Of a stretch of 64,000 bases of DNA, positions 1-8,135 are shown in pieces. The notes beneath the pieces are model-generated. The model did no database searches. It saw nothing but the letters and a program-made list of their open reading frames with translations, and was not told the origin of the DNA. The position numbers and the translations under genes are program-made. Location: positions 344,934-408,933 of the forward strand of contig JBBTSZ010000002.1 of assembly GCA_038064495.1 (NCBI GenBank), written 5' to 3'. Source of the DNA: Patescibacteria group bacterium (GTDB lineage Bacteria > Patescibacteriota > Minisyncoccia > Phycocordibacterales > Phycocordibacteraceae). The number at the start of each line of letters is the position of its first letter. The first letter of the stretch is position 1.

Positions 1-836
1 CCGTAGATAGATACTCAGGCGGAAGTGAACATACCACCATGCATCTCTTGTATGCACGATTCTTTCAGAAAGCATTGTATGACTTAGCACTCGTTCCCAC
101 GAGTGAACCATTTAACGAGCGTTTCAATCGGGGCATTATTCTCGGACCTGATGGACAGAAGATGAGTAAGTCAAAAGGAAACGTGGTGAACCCAGACGCT
201 GTCGTGAAAGAACAAGGAGCAGACGCAGTGCGCATGTTTCTTGCCTTTGTCGGTCCGTATAATGAACCGGGAAGTTATCCGTGGAATCTAGACGGGGTGC
301 ACTCCATGCGTCGGTTCCTCGACAGAGTCTATTTACTTCGTGAACGACGTACGGAGCGCGAAGCAACGCCTGACGAACTGAAAGCACTCCACCGTGCAAT
401 TGATAAAATAGGAAACGACATTGAGCGTTTCAAATTTAACACCGCAATTTCTACACTCATGATTTTTGTGCGTGAACTGGAATCAAATCCAACCGTTGCA
501 CAGGAAGTGTTTCGTTCGTTACTTATCTTGCTTGCACCTCTCGCACCACATCTTGCTGAGCATATGTGGGAACAGGCGGAATATAAGGAGAGTGTTCATA
601 CGCAAGTGTGGCCAAGTGTTGACGTGAGTCTCCTCGAGGAGGAAACCATGACCATAACGGTACAAGTGAATGGGAAAAAGAAAGGACTCATAACGGTGTC
701 AAAGAAGCTCACGCAGGAGACAGTAGAACAAGAGGCTCTCGGGGACCCTGCAGTCATAGCGGCACTCAAGGGCGCCTCACCAAGCAGAGTTATTTACGTC
801 CCCGGACGCACCCTGAACATCGTTATCCCCGGCTAG
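1..836 (+). CDS. leuS: leucyl-tRNA synthetase, C-terminal part (5' end outside window)
   Basis: Frame is open from nt 3. The translation carries class I LeuRS hallmarks (GGSEHTTMHLLYARFF, KMSKSKGN) followed by the anticodon-binding/C-terminal region. Stop at 836. Confidence 0.9.
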   Translation, partial: VDRYSGGSEHTTMHLLYARFFQKALYDLALVPTSEPFNERFNRGIILGPDGQKMSKSKGNVVNPDAVVKEQGADAVRMFLAFVGPYNEPGSYPWNLDGVHSMRRFLDRVYLLRERRTEREATPDELKALHRAIDKIGNDIERFKFNTAISTLMIFVRELESNPTVAQEVFRSLLILLAPLAPHLAEHMWEQAEYKESVHTQVWPSVDVSLLEEETMTITVQVNGKKKGLITVSKKLTQETVEQEALGDPAVIAALKGASPSRVIYVPGRTLNIVIPG

Positions 837-841
837 TTGAC

Positions 842-870
842 GGATTACAGGCTGTTTGTTATAACTATAC
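842..870 (+). promoter_or_regulatory. sigma70-like promoter (TTGACG-17-TATAAC) upstream of the 880 gene
   Basis: ttgacg at 842-847, a 17 bp spacer, then tataac at 865-870, ending 10 nt before the ATG at 880. Confidence 0.4.
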
Positions 871-879
871 CACACACAT

Positions 880-1950
880 ATGGCACCAAAAGCAGGCCGC
901 ACTTCGGCCACTCTATCCAAAACAGCTGCAAAGCTTTCTTTTGACAGTGCGGTACTCGTTAAAAAACTTCTTGCCGAGGTTCCAGAACGAGCTCGTGAGG
1001 TTCTCGTCTATCGTTTCGGCCTTGGTACATCCTCTACCCGAGAAACACTTGAGGCTATCGGTGAGCGTTGGGGTATTACCCGTGAACGTGTCCGCCAAAT
1101 TGAGGCTTCCGGTATTGATGCTATTCGCTCTTCAAAATCCTTCCGTGAATCTGTTGGAGCATTTGACGAACTCTCTGCGTATATTGAAAAGCAGGGTAGC
1201 GTGGTTCCTGAAGACGTTCTTCTTGCCGGACTCGCTTCCGATGAAAAAAGCCGAAACCGTTTCCGCTTCCTCCTCGTGGTTGGTTCTAGTTTCTTCCGTG
1301 AACGCGAAACTGACGAATTTTATGCACGTTGGCATGTAGACCAGCACACTGCTGAAATGGTACATGGTGCACTCACTCGCCTCTACACGTCACTTGACGA
1401 CGCTGAGGTCCTGTCAGAAGGAGATATCATCAATCGTTTTCTTGAAGAATTGAAGGACGTTAATGCTGCCTATCGTAACGAAGAGATTTTGAAGCGCTGG
1501 CTCTCTCTTTCTAAAACGATTTCAAGTAATCCACTTTCTGAATGGGGTAAAGCAAATGCGCCTGCCATTCGCACGAAGGGAATTCGTGACTATGCCTATC
1601 TTGTTATTAAGAAGAGCGGTGAGCCAATGCACTTTAGTGATGTCGCAAAGGCGATTACTACGACATTTGAAAAAAAGGCACACGTCGCTACGACTCATAA
1701 CGAACTCATCAAGGACTCACGTTTTGTACTCGTCGGGCGTGGTCTCTACGCTCTCGCCGAGTGGGGGTACTCTCCAGGCGTGGTTCGTGACGTGGTAAAA
1801 GATGTGCTCAAGAAAAAAGCCCTGACGCGTGATGAGGTTATTGACGCCGTTAAGAAAGTTCGTTACGTGAAAGACAACACTATTTTGGTAAACTTGAACG
1901 ACACTCGCTATTTCAAGAAACAGCGCGACGGCAAATACACGGCGGTCTAA
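880..1950 (+). CDS. sigma-70 region-4 (HTH) domain protein with a C-terminal winged-helix-like (Mrr_N-like) region
   Basis: VYRFGLGTSSTRETLEAIGERWGITRERVRQIEASGIDAIR matches the sigma70 region 4 HTH. The C-terminus (VLVGRGLYALAEWG) resembles Mrr_N/winged-helix. No sigma region 2 is present. Confidence 0.6.
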   Translation: MAPKAGRTSATLSKTAAKLSFDSAVLVKKLLAEVPERAREVLVYRFGLGTSSTRETLEAIGERWGITRERVRQIEASGIDAIRSSKSFRESVGAFDELSAYIEKQGSVVPEDVLLAGLASDEKSRNRFRFLLVVGSSFFRERETDEFYARWHVDQHTAEMVHGALTRLYTSLDDAEVLSEGDIINRFLEELKDVNAAYRNEEILKRWLSLSKTISSNPLSEWGKANAPAIRTKGIRDYAYLVIKKSGEPMHFSDVAKAITTTFEKKAHVATTHNELIKDSRFVLVGRGLYALAEWGYSPGVVRDVVKDVLKKKALTRDEVIDAVKKVRYVKDNTILVNLNDTRYFKKQRDGKYTAV

Positions 1951-1966
1951 GCTTCCTACTACTAAC

Positions 1967-1999
1967 AAAAGGAGGTCCGGAAACGGACCTCCTTTTGTT
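1967..1999 (+). terminator. rho-independent terminator
   Basis: Perfect 13 bp hairpin aaaaggaggtccg-gaaa-cggacctcctttt followed by tt. Confidence 0.6.
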
Positions 2000-2010
2000 A
2001 TACTTCCAGT

Positions 2011-3357
2011 ATGTCTTCCGGTAGTAGTTCGAATCCAGTAAATGCTGTTTTGGGCAAGGCACATGATCGTGGAATTCATCTAACGGCACGGCCGTTCATT
2101 CTGTGTTTTATCGCAGCAAACTTTGCGTTCCTCACCCTTGCACCAGGACAGGTACTTCGCAACTTTGAGTTCTTGCTTATCATCTCTCCTATCTGGTTGC
2201 CGATTATGCTCGGGTACTTTTCCTATCACTACTGGCGTATTGCAAACCGCACTGAATGGCTCGCTAAACAGGAGTACATCCTTCTTGAGCTTCGCGTTCC
2301 GCGCGACGTACGAAAAACACCGCTTGCGATGGAAACAGTTCTCGCGAGTTTACAGATTTCTCCCGGAGAGTCCACCTGGTGGAAAACCATCGTTGAAGGA
2401 CGAACACGTCCCTGGTGGTCCTTTGAAATCGTCTCACTTGGCGGTCGCGTGCATTTGTATGTCTGGACCAGAGAAGGTTTCCGTCGTGGTCTGGAGAGCT
2501 ACTTTTACGCTCAGTACCCAGGTATTGAGATTGTAGAAGCGACCGACTACAGCCGCGAAGTTGATCCGTCACACGACCCCTACGATATGTGGGGCTGTGA
2601 ATTTAAATTCAACAGGGAAGACCCGTATCCGCTCAAAACCTACGTGGACTTCATGAAGCCCGACTCCCCTATGGCAAAGCCTGAGGAGCAGGTAGACCCA
2701 CTGGCGCAGGTTATTGAGTACATCGGTTCACTCTCTCCGAAAGAGCAGTTTTGGATACAAATTTTGGTTCGGGTGAGTAAGGATGAGAAATACGCTCCGT
2801 TTACCATCCGGGACGAGGCGAAGAAAGTACTGGAGGAGCTACGCAAAGAGACGGTTCGTAAAACATCGTTCGTGGATGCAAGTGGTGTAACTCGTGAATC
2901 TGAGAGTTTTCCAAACCCAACCCGTGGTATTCAAAACACCATGGAGGCAATTGAACGGAAAATTAGTAAACCGCTTTTTGATGTCGGTATCCGTTCTGTA
3001 TATTTGGCTCCGAAGGAAAACTATCAAGGAAGTTCGGTTGCACACCTCATCTCTATGTGGCGACCGTTCAGTTCGGAAACGCTCAACAAGCTTGGTATTA
3101 CGAGATGGTTCGCCACCCTTGATGACTGGCCATGGGAGGACCGCAAGGGTCATCTCCAGGCACACATGCGCCATGGACTTGTGGATGCATACCGCAGACG
3201 TTCCTATTTCGCGGAGCCCTACCGGTTCCCGTGGATGGTGATGAACACCGAGGAGCTTGCAACGTTGTTCCATATTCCATCCTCAGGTGTGACTACCCCA
3301 TCTCTTCCACGCATTCAGTCCTCTACTGCTGAAGCACCATCTAATCTACCGACTTAG
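2011..3357 (+). CDS. hypothetical membrane protein (N-terminal TM helices, large soluble domain)
   Basis: 448 aa ORF with two N-terminal hydrophobic helices and no recognisable catalytic motif. Tightly packed between the sigma-r4 protein gene and mltG. Confidence 0.55.
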   Translation: MSSGSSSNPVNAVLGKAHDRGIHLTARPFILCFIAANFAFLTLAPGQVLRNFEFLLIISPIWLPIMLGYFSYHYWRIANRTEWLAKQEYILLELRVPRDVRKTPLAMETVLASLQISPGESTWWKTIVEGRTRPWWSFEIVSLGGRVHLYVWTREGFRRGLESYFYAQYPGIEIVEATDYSREVDPSHDPYDMWGCEFKFNREDPYPLKTYVDFMKPDSPMAKPEEQVDPLAQVIEYIGSLSPKEQFWIQILVRVSKDEKYAPFTIRDEAKKVLEELRKETVRKTSFVDASGVTRESESFPNPTRGIQNTMEAIERKISKPLFDVGIRSVYLAPKENYQGSSVAHLISMWRPFSSETLNKLGITRWFATLDDWPWEDRKGHLQAHMRHGLVDAYRRRSYFAEPYRFPWMVMNTEELATLFHIPSSGVTTPSLPRIQSSTAEAPSNLPT

Positions 3358-3358
3358 C

Positions 3359-4360
3359 ATGACGTTTCTCCAGCTCTTCACCACCATCCGACAGATACTC
3401 GGACTACACTTCGCTCGGTTTTGGCTTCGCTACGTACTACTTGGTAGTTTGACCACGGTGCTTTGCATCGTCTTTGTACTTTTCTGCTTTATTCCAAAAG
3501 ACTTTCCCGAAGGTGCGGTGATAACCATTCAGCCCGGTGAAAGCGTGCTTCACGCGGCACGTGACACGCGGAGGGCTCACCTCATTAGCTCCTCAGTCGT
3601 GTTTCGCACGCTCGTACGCTTCACACCAGGTAATCATGGCGTGCTTGCCGGCACGTACGTATTCCCGAAACGGGTAGGGATGCTCACGGTCGCCTGGCAT
3701 ATGTCGCAGGGCATTTCAGGTGCACCCCGAGCTCGCCTCACGTTCCCAGAAGGCAGTACCACCCGCCAGATGGGAGAGCTTCTTGCAGAGGCTCTTCCTG
3801 GCTTCCCGAAGGACGTCTTTCTCACCAGTGCGATACCCTACGAAGGATTTCTCTTCCCAGACACGTACTACTTTGCACCCGGAACGACGCCCGAAGAAGC
3901 ACTCAGCCTTCTCCGTACCACCTATGACCGTAAGACCGAACCACTCAAGAAAATGTTTGTGGACTTCGGAAAATCAGAGCGCGATATCGTTATCATGGCT
4001 TCCTTACTTGAAGCTGAAGGTAAAACCCCTGATGACCGTAGAATCATCGCAGGAATTTTATGGAAACGCATTGAACTCAAGATGCCCCTTCAGGTGGATG
4101 CTTCGTTTGGCTACGACTATGGACTCACTGGATATGTACCAACCGCAAAAGACTTGCAAGGAAATTCAGCCTACAACACGTACCGCTATCGGGGCCTACC
4201 GCCAACACCCATAAATAATCCTGGCACTGAGACACTGAAAGCAGCAAGCACGCCAACAAAAACACAGTATCTGTATTACCTCACGGGTACCGACGAAAAA
4301 ATGCACTACGCAAAGACGTTTGCTGAGCACGTTCAAAATAAGAAAAAATATCTACAATAA
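3359..4360 (+). CDS. mltG: endolytic murein transglycosylase MltG (YceG family)
   Basis: N-terminal TM helix and the YceG signature ...NTYRYRGLPPTPINNPG near the C-terminus. Confidence 0.85.
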   Translation: MTFLQLFTTIRQILGLHFARFWLRYVLLGSLTTVLCIVFVLFCFIPKDFPEGAVITIQPGESVLHAARDTRRAHLISSSVVFRTLVRFTPGNHGVLAGTYVFPKRVGMLTVAWHMSQGISGAPRARLTFPEGSTTRQMGELLAEALPGFPKDVFLTSAIPYEGFLFPDTYYFAPGTTPEEALSLLRTTYDRKTEPLKKMFVDFGKSERDIVIMASLLEAEGKTPDDRRIIAGILWKRIELKMPLQVDASFGYDYGLTGYVPTAKDLQGNSAYNTYRYRGLPPTPINNPGTETLKAASTPTKTQYLYYLTGTDEKMHYAKTFAEHVQNKKKYLQ

Positions 4361-4381
4361 AAATCGCGGCGTCTTGCCGCG
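4358..4381 (-). terminator. hairpin terminator, mainly for the minus-strand gene
   Basis: cgcggc-gtctt-gccgcg hairpin. On the minus strand it is followed by gattttta. Lies between the convergent mltG and 4400..4705 genes. Confidence 0.45.
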
Positions 4382-4399
4382 AAAAGTGAGGAAGAGCAG

Positions 4400-4705
4400 T
4401 TACGTAAACAACTCTTCCTCAAGGTTTTCGTCTATATGCTGCCATGCATCGATGACCTCGTTATCCCAACGCTTCTTGAACTCAGAGAGCTCTAGTTTTG
4501 CAGATGCGGTCGGGAAGTACGCCCACATGGTTCCGTCTTCGTAGCGAATAAGTCCATATAGTTCGCCCGGAGGAAGCGAAACTCGCTCACCGCTATCTAC
4601 ATGTTTGAGGATAAGACGCTTTGCAGGAAGTACTACGATCCGAATACGCATTTCATCATCGTGTACGACGTTTGGACTATACCTGATGTGTTTCAAGGAG
4701 CTCAC
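4400..4705 (-). CDS. hypothetical small protein
   Basis: 101 aa ORF filling the mltG-mnmA gap. Composition is protein-like. No recognised motif. Confidence 0.4.
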   Translation of the reverse strand: MSSLKHIRYSPNVVHDDEMRIRIVVLPAKRLILKHVDSGERVSLPPGELYGLIRYEDGTMWAYFPTASAKLELSEFKKRWDNEVIDAWQHIDENLEEELFT

Positions 4706-4787
4706 CTCACTTTCGTCTTGGAGTTGGTCTTACCTGGTTAATCATTACAACTAGGCTAGGTTTGTCAAGAAATGGTATACCTGAGAC

Positions 4788-5825
4788 ATGTCTGAAATAC
4801 GTGGAAAGAAAGTATTCGTGGGACTTTCAGGTGGAGTTGACTCTGCCGTGACTGCTGCGCTTCTACAAGAGGCGGGAGCCGAGGTGTACGGAGTATTCAT
4901 TAAAGGATGGTATCCGGATGGATTGCCATGCACGTGGGCCGCTGACCGGAGGGACGCAATGCGTGTCGCTGCGTTCCTACGCATCCCATTTCATACCTTA
5001 GATGCATCTACAGAATATAAAAAGTTTGTCATAGACTATCTCCTTTCCGAATACGGCAAAGGGCGCACGCCAAACCCCGATATTATGTGCAATCGAGAAG
5101 TAAAATTTGGTGTTTTTTATGAATTCGCCAAGCGACACGGTGCAGACTTTATTGCGACAGGACACTACGCTCAGAATGTAGGAGGTTCGCTTGAAAAAGG
5201 AGTAGACCCGGGGAAAGACCAAAGTTATTTTCTATGGGCTGTTCCAAAGCAGGCGTTGGAAGTGACCCTATTTCCACTCGGAAAATTACAGAAAAATGAG
5301 GTGCGTAAGGTGGCCGAGCGTATGAATCTGCCAAACGCGACGAAGCGCGACAGCCAAGGTATTTGTTTTCTTGGAAATGTATCTATGGAAGACTTCTTAC
5401 GCGATGAGTTTAAGCCATCAGTAGGCAATGCGTGTGACGAGTCAGGTACGCTGGTAGGCACCCATGATGGAGCACTTCTCCACACACTTGGTGAGCGCGT
5501 GACGTTAACGGACGCACCACCCGGACCCTGGTACGTGAAGCATAAGAATCTTGAAAACAACACCCTTGTTGTGACAAAAGAACAAAAGTCGGAAGCTTCA
5601 ACAAGCACGTTCAGACTCACCCAACCCAACTTGTTTAGTGAGCCAAAGGAGAATGAGATTGTTACTGCTCAATATCGTTACCATGGCCCCTTCATTGAAG
5701 GTATCTATGATGCTTCCACACAAACCTTTACTCCACGCGAGCCTGTTACCGAACCAGTTGCGGCAGGTCAATCACTCGTCCTCTACAAGGACTCAGTCGT
5801 ATACGGAGGTGGTATTATTGCGTAA
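4788..5825 (+). CDS. mnmA: tRNA-specific 2-thiouridylase MnmA
   Basis: PP-loop SGGVDSAV plus NPDIMCNREVKF and ATGHYAQ motifs. Confidence 0.9.
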   Translation: MSEIRGKKVFVGLSGGVDSAVTAALLQEAGAEVYGVFIKGWYPDGLPCTWAADRRDAMRVAAFLRIPFHTLDASTEYKKFVIDYLLSEYGKGRTPNPDIMCNREVKFGVFYEFAKRHGADFIATGHYAQNVGGSLEKGVDPGKDQSYFLWAVPKQALEVTLFPLGKLQKNEVRKVAERMNLPNATKRDSQGICFLGNVSMEDFLRDEFKPSVGNACDESGTLVGTHDGALLHTLGERVTLTDAPPGPWYVKHKNLENNTLVVTKEQKSEASTSTFRLTQPNLFSEPKENEIVTAQYRYHGPFIEGIYDASTQTFTPREPVTEPVAAGQSLVLYKDSVVYGGGIIA

Positions 5826-5827
5826 GC

Positions 5828-6664
5828 ATGCCCGTATCTATTGTTAAAACTGACGGCACCATAGAGCCGTTTGATGGAATGAAGCTTGAGTGGTCGCTCA
5901 GGCGTGCCGGTGCGTCTACCCACACTGCAGAGCGTATTCGTCACACGATTGAGATTTCGGTAGCGCATGGTGTTGGTACGCAGGAAATCTATAAGCGAGC
6001 CTTTCAAATGCTTCGACATGACGCGCGTCCGGCCGCCGCGCGCTACTCACTTCGCCGTGCACTCTTTGAATTTGGTCCATCAGGACACCCGTTTGAAAAC
6101 TACGTTTCGGAACTCTTTAAAAAAGAAGGATGGAATGTGGAATACCGCCGCATTATTCCCGGTAAGTGCGTGAGTCATGAGGTAGATGTGTACGCCGAGC
6201 GTAATGGCGAATATCTTGCTGCAGAACTGAAATATCATAATGACCCGTCCTATAAAACAGATGTAAAAGTAGCGCTCTACGTAAAAGCACGCTTTGACGA
6301 CATTTGGCAGTGTGACCCAAAGGTAGATAAGACCTGTAAGGTTGACCATGGTTTTTTAATTACGAACACCAAGTTCACGCGTGATGCAGTTCAGTTTGCT
6401 AATTGCTCTGGTATTAATCTGCTCGGATGGAGTTATCCGCAGGAAGGGAATTTGTATGATCGTATTGTGGCAACAGGACTCTACCCAATCACTGCACTCA
6501 CTACCCTTAAAAAAGCTGAGAAACGTCTGTTGATTGATCAAGGCATTACGACATGCGAACAAATCCGTCTGAATCGCGACCTGCTGCGGGCAATTTCCAT
6601 ACCGCCAGAGCGGCTTGGGGGCATACTAGCGGAAGCGAATACCCTCTGTAATGCGTATGCATAA
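5828..6664 (+). CDS. ATP-cone domain fused to an Mrr-like PD-(D/E)XK restriction-endonuclease domain
   Basis: N-terminal IVKTDGTIEPFDGMKLEWSL... has the ATP-cone pattern. The middle region FENYVSELFKKEGWNVEY...HEVDVYAERNGEYLAAELKYHN matches the Mrr catalytic core (D...E.K). Confidence 0.7.
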   Translation: MPVSIVKTDGTIEPFDGMKLEWSLRRAGASTHTAERIRHTIEISVAHGVGTQEIYKRAFQMLRHDARPAAARYSLRRALFEFGPSGHPFENYVSELFKKEGWNVEYRRIIPGKCVSHEVDVYAERNGEYLAAELKYHNDPSYKTDVKVALYVKARFDDIWQCDPKVDKTCKVDHGFLITNTKFTRDAVQFANCSGINLLGWSYPQEGNLYDRIVATGLYPITALTTLKKAEKRLLIDQGITTCEQIRLNRDLLRAISIPPERLGGILAEANTLCNAYA

Positions 6665-6669
6665 AGGAT

Positions 6670-7461
6670 ATGGCTGACTACGTAAAAAAATATAATCCGA
6701 ACCGTGCCAGTGACTGGAACTATGGTGGTAAGAAGTGGCGTCTCTCGCGCTCCAAGATTGAACTCTTTAATGAATGCCCTCGCTGTTTTTACTTGGATAA
6801 CAAACTCGGTACCGCGCGGCCTCGTGGACCATCCTTTACGCTCAATCTTGCGGTAGATGCTCTGTTTAAAAAAGAATTTGATGTGCATCGCAAGGCACAG
6901 ACCGCACACACTCTTATGGAGCAGTATAAGCTTGAAGCGGTTCCGTATCAGCACAAGGACCTTCCGACGTGGCAAGAGAATTTTGAAGGCATTGAGTATA
7001 AAGACAAAGCGACTGGATTCACCATCTCAGGAGCTATTGATGACGTGTGGGTTAATCCGAAAGGCGAGCTTATTGTCGTGGACTACAAGGCAACCTCCAA
7101 AGAAGGAACTATTGAAACACTTTCAGACTCGGCGTGGGAAGATTCCTATCGTAGACAAATGGGTGTGTACCAATGGTTGTTGCGAAAGAACGATTTCACC
7201 GTGTCACCCATGGGCTACTTCGTGTATGCAAATGCTAAAAGTGATAAAGCTGCGTTTGATGGACAGCTTGAGTTTGAGGTGACGCTCGTACCGTGCGAAG
7301 GAAGTACCGATTGGATAGACAACGTTCTCCCGAGAATTAAACAAACACTGGATAGCAGTGACATCCCACCTACCGGCGACGCCTGTGAGTACTGTCCCTA
7401 CCGAGAAGCTTCCGGTAAAAAACTGCTTGCACTCCACAACGCTCTCAAGAAAGCGAAATAG
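6670..7461 (+). CDS. PD-(D/E)XK nuclease, Cas4/RecB-like, with a Cys cluster
   Basis: VVDYKATS (D-x-K) nuclease motif. N-terminal CPRCFY and C-terminal CEG...CEYCPY cysteines resemble a Cas4-like Fe-S ligand pattern. Confidence 0.7.
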   Translation: MADYVKKYNPNRASDWNYGGKKWRLSRSKIELFNECPRCFYLDNKLGTARPRGPSFTLNLAVDALFKKEFDVHRKAQTAHTLMEQYKLEAVPYQHKDLPTWQENFEGIEYKDKATGFTISGAIDDVWVNPKGELIVVDYKATSKEGTIETLSDSAWEDSYRRQMGVYQWLLRKNDFTVSPMGYFVYANAKSDKAAFDGQLEFEVTLVPCEGSTDWIDNVLPRIKQTLDSSDIPPTGDACEYCPYREASGKKLLALHNALKKAK

Positions 7462-7464
7462 TCT

Positions 7465-8133
7465 ATGAACGTGGTGCTTGAAGACTCCTGGAAAGAGGTA
7501 TTGAAAGAAGAGTTTGAAAAGTCGTATTTCAAAGAGCTGACCGAATTTGTAAAACAGGAATACCTTTCGGGAGCGGTGTATCCGCACCCAAAGAATATTT
7601 TTCATGCCTTTGAACTCACACCCTTTGACCAAGTACGCGTTGTCATTTTGGGTCAGGACCCGTATCACGGAAAAGACCAGGCGCATGGGCTTTCATTTTC
7701 GGTTCGCGAAGGTGTTCGCAACCCGCCTTCCCTCCAGAATCTTTTCAAAGAAATTGAGTCTGATGTAGGAAAGTCAGAAGATCGTATAACAGGGAACTTG
7801 GAATCATGGGCAAGGCAAGGGGTGCTCCTCCTGAACGCGACGCTCACGGTGCGAGCAGGCGCAGCTGGTTCGCACCAGGGAAAGGGTTGGGAGTTATTTA
7901 CTGACGCTGTCATCAAGGCACTTTCAGAGAAACGGGAGCATCTCGTATTCATACTCTGGGGAAACTACGCGCGCGCGAAAGGTGCGCATATAGATAGGAC
8001 GAAGCATCTCGTCATTGAGTCTGCTCATCCGTCACCGTTTTCTGCCTATAATGGATTCTTTGGCAGTAAACCTTTTAGTAAGACAAATACCTATTTAGAG
8101 CAGCACGGGAGAGCACCGATAGATTGGACATAA
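7465..8133 (+). CDS. ung: uracil-DNA glycosylase, family 1
   Basis: GQDPYHG water-activating loop and the HPSPFS region. Confidence 0.9.
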   Translation: MNVVLEDSWKEVLKEEFEKSYFKELTEFVKQEYLSGAVYPHPKNIFHAFELTPFDQVRVVILGQDPYHGKDQAHGLSFSVREGVRNPPSLQNLFKEIESDVGKSEDRITGNLESWARQGVLLLNATLTVRAGAAGSHQGKGWELFTDAVIKALSEKREHLVFILWGNYARAKGAHIDRTKHLVIESAHPSPFSAYNGFFGSKPFSKTNTYLEQHGRAPIDWT

Positions 8134-8135
8134 AA

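Noticed and set aside
2017-2040. tRNA T-loop-like GGTAGTAGTTCGAATCC inside the 2011 CDS
   Set aside because: There is no complementary acceptor stem or anticodon arm. It is a coincidental match within coding sequence.
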